Shown here in pieces: positions 56,153 through 64,000 of a stretch of 64,000 nucleotides of DNA. The stretch is from a virus (lineage: Duplodnaviria > Caudoviricetes). The notes under the pieces were generated by a model. It did no database searches and was not told where the DNA came from. It was given only the letters and a program-made list of their open reading frames with translations. The stretch is taken from the IMG/VR virus record IMGVR_UViG_3300020411_000002; one strand, written 5' to 3'. The translations under genes were made by a program, and so were the position numbers. Every line of letters begins with the position of its first letter. The first letter of the stretch is position 1.

Positions 56153-56240
56153 GTCTAGCGCTAGTTTTCTAGCTTAGATTTATATTGGGTCTGTAACATT
56201 AGAAGTGTTCAGACCCTTTACTCGTTTCATTGGGGTTTTT

Positions 56241-56774
56241 ATGCCAGCTTTTGTAGATGATATACAATTTGATAGGTGGTATGTTTCTGACCTAGTTCGC
56301 AAGGCAGAAAGTCTTACTTTTCTAACTGCTCAGTTAGAGTCTATGCGTTCACAAATAGAAAGTCATTTAGATGTTGTCGATGCCGAGCTTAGATTAGAGT
56401 ACTTCGAGATAAAAGAGGATGCTAGGTCAAAGTTTAATTCAGTTCAAGATATTGAAAATTGTGTCTTGGAATTGAGAAGAGCTAAGGCACGCCAGTCTAA
56501 ACTTACCAATCAAGAATATGTAAAGACATTAGAGTTAATCAAACTTCTATTGCGCTCCATTGCTAAGTACGTATACGATAACCTATCTAACGATGATAGA
56601 AAGACATTTGAACTCCGTTCATCAGACCCGTTCTTTGCTGACGTAGACGACAATGCTTTTTCAATGAGCAAACGCATTACAGAGGTTTTATCTAAGCAAA
56701 TATTAGAATATAAATCTGGTAAACAAAATGTCAGAATATCAAACAACCCAATACAAGGGTCTAAAGCTACTTGA
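56241..56774 (+). CDS. Hypothetical helical protein (start moved from 56205)
   Basis: GGGG RBS before ATG 56241. Confidence 0.65.
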   Translation: MPAFVDDIQFDRWYVSDLVRKAESLTFLTAQLESMRSQIESHLDVVDAELRLEYFEIKEDARSKFNSVQDIENCVLELRRAKARQSKLTNQEYVKTLELIKLLLRSIAKYVYDNLSNDDRKTFELRSSDPFFADVDDNAFSMSKRITEVLSKQILEYKSGKQNVRISNNPIQGSKAT

Positions 56775-57132
56775 TGATACTCTTAAAAAGCTTCGCAACG
56801 ATATCTACAGAATTATAGAACTTCCTAACGGTTACTACTTTTGCGGATACGTTGAATTTTCTTCACTATCTTCCGATATCCTAAATGTTGAAATCGCACT
56901 TCTGGATATGAACTTTTCAAAAGTGGAAAGTGTTGACTTGGTTAGCTTTAATAGAGTTGTAGCCGAAAGCTTTTTAAGAATAAGAGCAGACTATCAAGCT
57001 TGGATTCAAACCTATTTAAGCGGTGGTGAATCTAGCTTTAGACGCGACGAAGAAGCTGAAAAGCTTTTCTCCGATTTTATTAACAAGTCTGATACTGAAC
57101 TAGATTTAGATATCAGAGAATTTTCATTGTAG
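56728..57132 (+). CDS. Hypothetical protein
   Basis: 134 aa ORF. Confidence 0.6.
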   Translation: MSEYQTTQYKGLKLLDDTLKKLRNDIYRIIELPNGYYFCGYVEFSSLSSDILNVEIALLDMNFSKVESVDLVSFNRVVAESFLRIRADYQAWIQTYLSGGESSFRRDEEAEKLFSDFINKSDTELDLDIREFSL

Positions 57133-57141
57133 GGAACGCTA

Positions 57142-59187
57142 ATGGCAATTAGAAAAAGACGAACCAGCCCCGCGAAGACCCCTGCCAAGTCTCAATCGTA
57201 TGACGAAGATAGCATTAAGTTCCAAGAAGGTCTTAATGGTATTCGTGCCAATCCATCTATGTATTTAGGTGCGCTTGGTAATCCTATGGTATTCCGAATG
57301 GTAAAGGAAGCTGTAGATAACGTGTACGATGAATTTGCAGCAGGTCGTAACACAGGTGCTGAGATTATTGTTAATCCAAAAGACAACTCGTATATTATTG
57401 CTGACTACGCTCAAGGTATTCCAGTTGGATTAAAGCAGACCGAACACGAAGGCAAAGTTAGTGCAATGACTTTGATTCTTACCAAAGTTCATGCTGGTGG
57501 TAAGTTTGATGATACTGCATATAAAACATCTAGTGGTACTCACGGTGTTGGTATCGCAGCCGTTAACGCCGCATCTAGTGTTATGGAAGTTTGGACTAAG
57601 CGTGAAAAAGTTTGGTATGTGCAAACGTTCAAGAAAGGTGTTGCTGATGCCAAAGTTAAAAAGCTTGGTACACGAGCACCTGCCGCATTCAAGAACTTTG
57701 ACTTAGCAGAAAAAACTATCAGCAAGTATGGAACTATTGTTAGATTCATACCAGACCAAACCGTTGTGTCCGAAGACGCTGCTCGTGGTTCACGTAAAGT
57801 AGCAGAAGACAAGTTGACTGTAGCAAAGCTTGAACTTGGTACAGCCGGTAGCTGGTTACGCGACTTAGCAATGCTTAACCCAGGCTTCCACATTACTTAC
57901 ACTTGCGTTGGTAAAGGTTCTAAGAAGTTTGTGAACACTAAAGGTCTAGACTGGTTAGTGTTGAACAGAATCAAAGAAGCAGAAGCACAAGCTGTATCCC
58001 GTAAACCTTTCATGTACGAAGATGAAGACCTGTCTTGTGCTATCACTTGGACTGACCAAGCAGACGATCATTTATTTACTTCGTATGTTAACAGTTCACC
58101 TACAGTAGAACATGGTACTCACGTTGAAGGTTTCCGTTCTGCTCTACAAAAAGCTATCAAGCCGCATCTTACTGATCGTGACAAGAAAGCAAAGTTCACT
58201 GTTCATGATTTGATGATAGGTGCTTGCGGTGTGTTGAACTTTAAAATGAACTCTGCTCAGTATAGTTCACAGGTTAAAGATAAGCTAGTATCAAAAGTTG
58301 CTAAAGACGTTGAAACAAAGCTTGAAGAATCTTTATTCGAATGGTTCAAAGATAATCCGCGTATTGCAAAGAACATTATCAAGAAAGCTACTACTGCTAA
58401 CAATGCCCGCGAATCTCTAAAGAAAGTCATGAAGTCTATGACAGAAGTTCGTAAGAAGTCTCGCGGTGTTTTGCCTGAGAACTTAACAGAAGCACCAAAC
58501 GTTAAACCTGACCAACGTGAAATATACATCGTTGAGGGGGACTCTGCTGGTGGTACTGCAAAGAATGCTAGAAACTCTAATCAAGAGATATTGAAAATGT
58601 CTGGTAAGCCTGCCAACGCCCTCAATATATCTTTGGATAAGCTGTTAAACTCGCAAGCAGTACTAAACATTATTATTTCGTTAGGTATTGACCCAGGCTC
58701 TCTAGACATACAAGCTGACAGTCCTAAGTTTAGCTCTGATAAGTTACGTTGCCAACGTGTTTACTTGCTCTCTGACCCAGATCCAGACGGTGCTCACATT
58801 AACGTATTGCTTTTGTGTTTCTTTTTCCGCTTGCTACCAGACTTTATAAAAGAAGGTCGATTGTATTGCGTAGAAGGTAAACTTTACTCTGCTCTATACA
58901 AAGGAAAGCTTTATTCTGGTGACACGTTTGATGAATGTTATAGCTCGATGCCACAAACAGAAGAAGCTAAGAAAGCAATAACACGTATCAAAGGATGGGG
59001 AGAAGTTAACCCAGATATGCTTGACCCAATCGCTTTCGATCCAGATACAAGACTGGTACGTCAAATATCTTGGAACGATGACCCTGCAAAAATTGCTTAC
59101 TTCCGAAACATTGCTGCCGAGTCTGCGGCTGAGAAGCGTAAACTTCTTGGACTTAAAGAATCGCGTCCAGCTTTAGAAGAAGCTTAG
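57142..59187 (+). CDS. gyrB: Type IIA topoisomerase B subunit (GyrB/ParE-like)
   Basis: EAVDNVYDE, HAGGKFD, SSGTHGVG GHKL motifs; IVEGDSAGG; SDPDPDGAHI; IKGWGE. Confidence 0.92.
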   Translation: MAIRKRRTSPAKTPAKSQSYDEDSIKFQEGLNGIRANPSMYLGALGNPMVFRMVKEAVDNVYDEFAAGRNTGAEIIVNPKDNSYIIADYAQGIPVGLKQTEHEGKVSAMTLILTKVHAGGKFDDTAYKTSSGTHGVGIAAVNAASSVMEVWTKREKVWYVQTFKKGVADAKVKKLGTRAPAAFKNFDLAEKTISKYGTIVRFIPDQTVVSEDAARGSRKVAEDKLTVAKLELGTAGSWLRDLAMLNPGFHITYTCVGKGSKKFVNTKGLDWLVLNRIKEAEAQAVSRKPFMYEDEDLSCAITWTDQADDHLFTSYVNSSPTVEHGTHVEGFRSALQKAIKPHLTDRDKKAKFTVHDLMIGACGVLNFKMNSAQYSSQVKDKLVSKVAKDVETKLEESLFEWFKDNPRIAKNIIKKATTANNARESLKKVMKSMTEVRKKSRGVLPENLTEAPNVKPDQREIYIVEGDSAGGTAKNARNSNQEILKMSGKPANALNISLDKLLNSQAVLNIIISLGIDPGSLDIQADSPKFSSDKLRCQRVYLLSDPDPDGAHINVLLLCFFFRLLPDFIKEGRLYCVEGKLYSALYKGKLYSGDTFDECYSSMPQTEEAKKAITRIKGWGEVNPDMLDPIAFDPDTRLVRQISWNDDPAKIAYFRNIAAESAAEKRKLLGLKESRPALEEA

Positions 59188-59195
59188 GAGTTACT

Positions 59196-59663
59196 ATGGA
59201 TAGTGTAAACCCTGTTGAAGTTTTTATGATAGTAGATATTGTGTTTACTTCGCTTTATGATGATTCTACTAGCGGAATGTATAACATGAATATTTCTAAA
59301 CCTACTTGGGTTAGTGCTACGTTACATCAGATGAACGACGAACTTGTATTTCCAACGTTTGCACTATCTGTAATTTGTCCTTTCGTTATAGGCAAAGATG
59401 GAACAATCTATAAATGTTCATACAATAAAGATATTGAAGGAGTTGAATACTTTGGATATGAAATGGAATTTGTTGAAGGAATATGCTTGAATACAAATGA
59501 CGGTCTTTGGGACTGGAAAGAAAAAACAAGCAAGAGAGCTGTTATAGGTACTATTAAAAGAGTCTACGGTAGTATAGCCAAATTCAGACAGCAAATTGAA
59601 AAATACCCCTATGACAATTCTCTTTTAAAATCCATTATAACAGGAGCAGAGTTGGAACTATGA
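59196..59663 (+). CDS. Hypothetical protein
   Basis: 155 aa with RBS GGAG. Confidence 0.7.
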   Translation: MDSVNPVEVFMIVDIVFTSLYDDSTSGMYNMNISKPTWVSATLHQMNDELVFPTFALSVICPFVIGKDGTIYKCSYNKDIEGVEYFGYEMEFVEGICLNTNDGLWDWKEKTSKRAVIGTIKRVYGSIAKFRQQIEKYPYDNSLLKSIITGAELEL

Positions 59664-60196
59664 GCACACACGAGATTTCGAAAACAGAATTTGATAGTAA
59701 AGTTATTTTGTATCTAGATCCTGGGTCTCGTCCTATCAATCAGGAGTACACGCAACGCTGGTTTAGCTTGCCTGCTTTTGTAGATGAAGACTCCAAGCAG
59801 ATAATAGTGCCTGGGTCTATCTCTACTTTGTATCGTGCGCGTATAGTTATAACTGACGATAGAACAGTCCGCAAGTTCGGCAAAGCTCTTAATCTTAATG
59901 GAAAGAAGTTGCTACCTCCCACTTACGATGATCTTATTTCAAAGTGTGTTCACGTAGAGGAAGGCTTCAACGAGTTTGTTAATACTGAGAACTGGATCAA
60001 AACAAGTTCTTTTAAATCGTATTCTCACTATCAGAAGTTTTGGCAAGAGGGCGAACCTTTTACAATTCCGAATCCTGAATATATTGACTTGTACAAACTG
60101 TTTAGAGATATAAGCGTTAAAGCTTGTCCGTCATTGCACGGCAATCCGAGTGGTGAAAGTACCGACACTAATCACGTAGTATGTAGCGATTGCTAA
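59660..60196 (+). CDS. Hypothetical protein
   Basis: 178 aa coupled ORF. Confidence 0.7.
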   Translation: MSTHEISKTEFDSKVILYLDPGSRPINQEYTQRWFSLPAFVDEDSKQIIVPGSISTLYRARIVITDDRTVRKFGKALNLNGKKLLPPTYDDLISKCVHVEEGFNEFVNTENWIKTSSFKSYSHYQKFWQEGEPFTIPNPEYIDLYKLFRDISVKACPSLHGNPSGESTDTNHVVCSDC

Positions 60197-60198
60197 AC

Positions 60199-60206
60199 TG
60201 TAAATA
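60199..60206 (+). promoter_or_regulatory. TGTAAATA phage promoter motif
   Basis: AAACTGTAAATAA before 60238. Confidence 0.5.
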
Positions 60207-60237
60207 AGAACTAACTTTATACTTAAAGGTTTTTCCA

Positions 60238-61818
60238 ATGAGAAGAAGAAAGTCTGCTACCGAGGCAGAAAGCCCACCAGCAAGAAGAACGAGAAAGAGA
60301 AGAAGCTTATCTGCTTTACGCGATAAGACAAAAACTGGTACTCGCAGAAAAGCACCTAGTACGGCAACGCCCTCAGAAGACTCTGTATCTATAGATTCTT
60401 TTGCAGCCGCATCATTAAAACAATATGGTAGCTACGTTGTAGAAGAAAGGTCTATCACTGATTTTCGTGATGGACTAAAGCCCGTTCACCGTTACATTTT
60501 ATGGGCTATGAAGAACCTTGGTTTGAACTCCAAGTCTAAATATAAAAAGTCTGCTCGTACTATTGGTGACGTTCTTGGTAAGTACCACCCTCACGGCGAC
60601 CAAGCTGCTTACGGTGCAATGGCAACTCTAGTTAACTACAAGCTATCTCCACAATTGGTAGATGGACAAGGTAACTGGGGTACTCCTGTTGATAACCAAG
60701 CTGCTATGCGTTATACAGAAGCACGACTTAGCGCAATGAGTGATATCTTTCTATTGGATAAAGGTTATCTTAAAACTGTTCCAATGGTAGACAACTTTGA
60801 TAACTCAGAGAAAGTACCTCTATACCTACCAGCGACCTTACCAATGCTTCTTGTTCTTGGTAGCTCTGGTATAGGCTTTGGTGTTAAGTCTGACAGTCCT
60901 CCGTTTAACATAGATGGAGTATACGAACTTGTTCTGCTTGGATTGAAAGCGTTCAGAGCCAACAAGAAGCTGGGTCCTAATAATTGTGCTAAGCATTTAC
61001 GTATAGATTATTCTTACGGTGGTGTTCAAGTTAGTGAAGACGAAGACGTTGCTAATCTTATCAAGTACGGTAAAGGAAGTATCAAGTTTGCACCAGAAGT
61101 AAATGCAGACTGGAAGAACAAACTGATTGAGATTAAGTCCTTCTCTCCAGGCTTTAGAAGTTCTAATGTTATTCAGAAGAAGCTTGCTAAGTTTGCAGAA
61201 ATGGATGCAGTGTCTAAAGCTGGCGACGATTCAAACGAGAAGAATCCTAAGTCAGGACCTCTTGGTGCTTACTTCTACATAAAACCTGCTCGTGGACTTT
61301 CAGAAGAAAAGTTCTTTGACTTGGCAGAGCAAGTATTCAAAGAGTTGGTATCTAGCGAGTCTTATGATTTAGGCTTTACGGTTCGTAGAGCAGATGACTC
61401 CAACATGTTTGTTAAGTCTAGCTTTGTAACATTCTTCAATAACTGGATCAAGTATCGTGTACAGTTAGAGATTGATTACCTACAAGCCTTAATAGATGAA
61501 TGCTTAACTCAGATAGAAAGAACTGAACTTCTTATCTTTGGTGTAGATAACAGACAAGTAATCATCAAGTCACTAGATAGTAAGGACCCAGATAAGTTCC
61601 TTATTACTAAGCTGAAAATTTCTGCTGAAAAAGCAAAGGCTATACTAGACCTTCAAGTTCGTAAACTTGCTAAGTTAGAAAAGCCAGCACTGCTTCAAAA
61701 GATTAAAGAGTTAAAGGCAGAGATTAGACAGTACAAGCAAGACCAAGAAGATCCAACGCCTAGAATTGCTGCTAAGACAAAAGAGCAATTCAAAGCCTAC
61801 AAGTCCCGTGTTAAATAA
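60238..61818 (+). CDS. gyrA: Type IIA topoisomerase A subunit (GyrA/ParC-like) without C-terminal pinwheel
   Basis: DFRDGLKPVHR, KSARTIGDVLGKYHPHGD, AAMRYTEARL (catalytic Tyr); 526 aa. Confidence 0.92.
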   Translation: MRRRKSATEAESPPARRTRKRRSLSALRDKTKTGTRRKAPSTATPSEDSVSIDSFAAASLKQYGSYVVEERSITDFRDGLKPVHRYILWAMKNLGLNSKSKYKKSARTIGDVLGKYHPHGDQAAYGAMATLVNYKLSPQLVDGQGNWGTPVDNQAAMRYTEARLSAMSDIFLLDKGYLKTVPMVDNFDNSEKVPLYLPATLPMLLVLGSSGIGFGVKSDSPPFNIDGVYELVLLGLKAFRANKKLGPNNCAKHLRIDYSYGGVQVSEDEDVANLIKYGKGSIKFAPEVNADWKNKLIEIKSFSPGFRSSNVIQKKLAKFAEMDAVSKAGDDSNEKNPKSGPLGAYFYIKPARGLSEEKFFDLAEQVFKELVSSESYDLGFTVRRADDSNMFVKSSFVTFFNNWIKYRVQLEIDYLQALIDECLTQIERTELLIFGVDNRQVIIKSLDSKDPDKFLITKLKISAEKAKAILDLQVRKLAKLEKPALLQKIKELKAEIRQYKQDQEDPTPRIAAKTKEQFKAYKSRVK

Positions 61819-61827
61819 AATATAGCG

Positions 61828-61868
61828 GGACAAAACACATTGAGTTCAATATTAATGTGTGATATAAT
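61828..61868 (+). promoter_or_regulatory. GGACAAAA-N27-TATAAT promoter
   Basis: GGACAAAA 61828-61835; TGATATAAT. Confidence 0.65.
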
Positions 61869-61987
61869 GTTGCAAAGTGTGGTATCTGAAAATCATAATT
61901 TAGAACTATGCTTTTGCAACATCGTACCTTTAAGGTACTTGGGAAATATCCCATTCAAGCTTCGCGCTTTCCAAAGGATAAAATAAT

Positions 61988-63394
61988 ATGACAAAGCAAA
62001 TCGAACTACTCTCGGCGTTAGAGCAGGTCTCTAATCATGTTTTAGATTTTCAGTCTAAACTGAGGGCAGAAAAGTCTCCACTTCGTAAACGCTCCAATGT
62101 GCTTAAAGCACTTGAAAACCTATCAACCGAAGTTACTGTAACTATCGATGTTTCTAAGTCGGTAAAGAACAAGCCACGTTCACTTACAAAACAACTTCGC
62201 TCAGTCTTGCATTGTATAGACGCTATACATCACGGTATACTTGAAAAAGAACTATCGTTTAATGAAGCTCGTACTATGTCAGGGTTGACCCTCTTAACAC
62301 GTATCCAACGTGTGATCGAATCTTCCCAAACTCTATCAAAAACCAGTGCGTTAGAAGCTAAAGCTCGGTCTAACATCCGTGAGCGTATCTACGCTATGGA
62401 CGAATTAGCTAGTCAGGCATCTGACCAGAAAAACCAAGAAAGTGCTTTCGTTGAAGCATTGAAGAAAGTTACAACTGAAAACGATTCTGATGATATGAAG
62501 GATATGCTTCGGTCAGAAATGGAATCTCTTCAAGAAAACGATGTGGAAACACTAGAGTTAACAAGCCAAAAGGTTCTAGCTTACAAAAAGCACGAACAAA
62601 AACTTCTTACCAAAAGTAGTGCAGACTACAAACGAATGGTTGAGACAGGAACAAGCTTGCCTACAGTTTGCCCTGTATTCGTTTCATTTTCAAAAGGTAG
62701 ACTACGAGAATCCGATGTTCTTAACCAACTCGGTTTTAAGTTTACTAACATATCCACCCGCAGTAGTAACGTTGCTGACGTAGCTTTGATTATAGAAGAC
62801 CAAGTTATTTTGCAGTTTAGCAAAAAGGCAGCACAGGTGTTCTTTGAAAACAAAGTTAAAGCAATGTCTAAAGAGATTACTTCCAGCGATATATCTAAAC
62901 AACTTAAACAAAAGCGTAAGTCTTTGAAGACAACCGTATCTAAGATAGAAAAGTATACAGCAACTTCTTCAAAGATTAATAAAAAGACACAAGCGTTAAT
63001 CGCTGAAAGATTATCAGAATTAACCGCTACAGCCGAAAGCTTAGAGCGAGACATTGAAAAGCTAGAAGCGCAGATAAAGCACAAACGTCACAAGATAACT
63101 TTATTAAAGCGTGAGCTATTCAGAACATCAAACCTTAAAACACAGGAGGGAAAGAAAAGAAAGCTTTTAAACGAGAAAGCTTATGATCAGTATATCGGGT
63201 ATATACTTGGGGAGTTTCATAACAAAGGACACAGCTATTCTCTATTAAGTAGCAAGTATGAAAACCATCCTAGCATATCAGACGTACTGATAGCTTGGTT
63301 AGTACCTAGTGAAGTAGCAGACGTTGTAAGATCTCTATATGGCGATCAGAATATCGTTACTAGCTGGGGTCTTCCTTGGAAAGTACATGTCTAA
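61988..63394 (+). CDS. Hypothetical coiled-coil protein
   Basis: 468 aa with RBS AAGGA. Confidence 0.75.
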   Translation: MTKQIELLSALEQVSNHVLDFQSKLRAEKSPLRKRSNVLKALENLSTEVTVTIDVSKSVKNKPRSLTKQLRSVLHCIDAIHHGILEKELSFNEARTMSGLTLLTRIQRVIESSQTLSKTSALEAKARSNIRERIYAMDELASQASDQKNQESAFVEALKKVTTENDSDDMKDMLRSEMESLQENDVETLELTSQKVLAYKKHEQKLLTKSSADYKRMVETGTSLPTVCPVFVSFSKGRLRESDVLNQLGFKFTNISTRSSNVADVALIIEDQVILQFSKKAAQVFFENKVKAMSKEITSSDISKQLKQKRKSLKTTVSKIEKYTATSSKINKKTQALIAERLSELTATAESLERDIEKLEAQIKHKRHKITLLKRELFRTSNLKTQEGKKRKLLNEKAYDQYIGYILGEFHNKGHSYSLLSSKYENHPSISDVLIAWLVPSEVADVVRSLYGDQNIVTSWGLPWKVHV

Positions 63395-63980
63395 CACCGC
63401 AAAGACGGTTGTAAACAAGTTACCGCCCGAAACAGATGGTGACTTCACTAAATGTTGTATATGTCATCAATGGACTCGAAACATCCATTGGCATCATACT
63501 ACACCTCAAGCCCTTGGTGGAAAAGATAGCTTGCAGATTCCTATTGACGGAGACTGTCACACAACACTTCACGCAAAAGCAGATGCAGCAGCTTCGTTTT
63601 TGCGAGGAAATAGGAATGAGCCACCAGGCAGATATTGGGACAGTTGGGAATCAGAACAAAGAGCCCAACCATATCTAGAGATATTAGTTAGTGCGTTACT
63701 TAATCCGCCTATATCGGATGGGGAAAAGCGAATTAAGTTGGCGAATCCAGAGGTAGATCTACCGACTCGTGAGTTGTTAGATCGTTTAAAGAAAGATTTG
63801 CCGGGCGTTACTAATATGTCACAAGTTATCGATTATTGCATACATTATACATTAAAAACTAAAGGATACAGCAATGAAGAACTTAATCAACGTACAACTG
63901 CCAGTAAGAGAAATCACGAAGGGATACCTAACGTGTGGGGAATGCGTAGGACTAAACGTAGAAAATCTGATTGGCGGTGA
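63387..63980 (+). CDS. HNH endonuclease-domain protein (start moved from 63339)
   Basis: CCICH..HWHH..P..LGGKD...DCHTTLH. Confidence 0.75.
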   Translation: MSNTAKTVVNKLPPETDGDFTKCCICHQWTRNIHWHHTTPQALGGKDSLQIPIDGDCHTTLHAKADAAASFLRGNRNEPPGRYWDSWESEQRAQPYLEILVSALLNPPISDGEKRIKLANPEVDLPTRELLDRLKKDLPGVTNMSQVIDYCIHYTLKTKGYSNEELNQRTTASKRNHEGIPNVWGMRRTKRRKSDWR

Positions 63981-64000
63981 CGTTAGTAGTTGCTCAGAAG
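63874..64000 (+). CDS. Partial ORF running off the window
   Basis: AAGGA RBS; MKNLINVQLP...LTCGECVG; open to the window end. Confidence 0.5.
   Translation, partial: MKNLINVQLPVREITKGYLTCGECVGLNVENLIGGDVSSCSE

Noticed and set aside
1-64000. Genetic-code reassignment or prophage features
   Set aside because: Long ORFs and tight gene coupling are intact under the standard code with TAA, TAG and TGA as stops; no integrase, repressor-att module or transposase was recognised.

Overview
A 64 kb, AT-rich segment of a large lytic (jumbo-type) dsDNA phage. It is almost all on the + strand, and I saw no integrase, CRISPR array or rRNA. From memory, the gene order resembles Lu11/RSL1-type jumbo myoviruses (inference, not searched). 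Layout: (i) 1-661, a non-coding repeat-rich end region; (ii) 0.7-19.8 kb, a replication/recombination block (RuvC-like, primase, Cas4-like exonuclease, SWIM protein, sigma70-like factor, gp32-like SSB, intein-containing RecA). This block embeds a four-gene DNA-hypermodification operon: ParB-N protein, C5-cytosine MTase with a motif X Asn->Arg change, CmoA-type carboxy-SAM synthase, and a glutaminase-less asparagine-synthetase-like amide ligase. The operon is followed by a self-contained unit encoding two identical 10-aa peptides (MLMNSGGAFQ); (iii) 19.9-23.75 kb, an island of structured RNA candidates (IR-bracketed RNA, 135-nt tRNA-like RNA, atypical tRNA, ~730-nt ornate RNA, hairpin array); (iv) 25-48 kb, mostly small hypothetical early genes, including SLOG, HD, wHTH, a periplasmic binding protein and UvsE, driven by a repeated GGACAAAA-N27-29-TATAAT-like promoter; (v) 48.9-56 kb, acidic repeat proteins and a histone H1-like protein; (vi) 57-64 kb, type IIA topoisomerase subunits and an HNH protein. 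A second motif, TGTAAATA, precedes many replication-block genes. All functional calls come from motifs read by eye; no database search or folding program was run.
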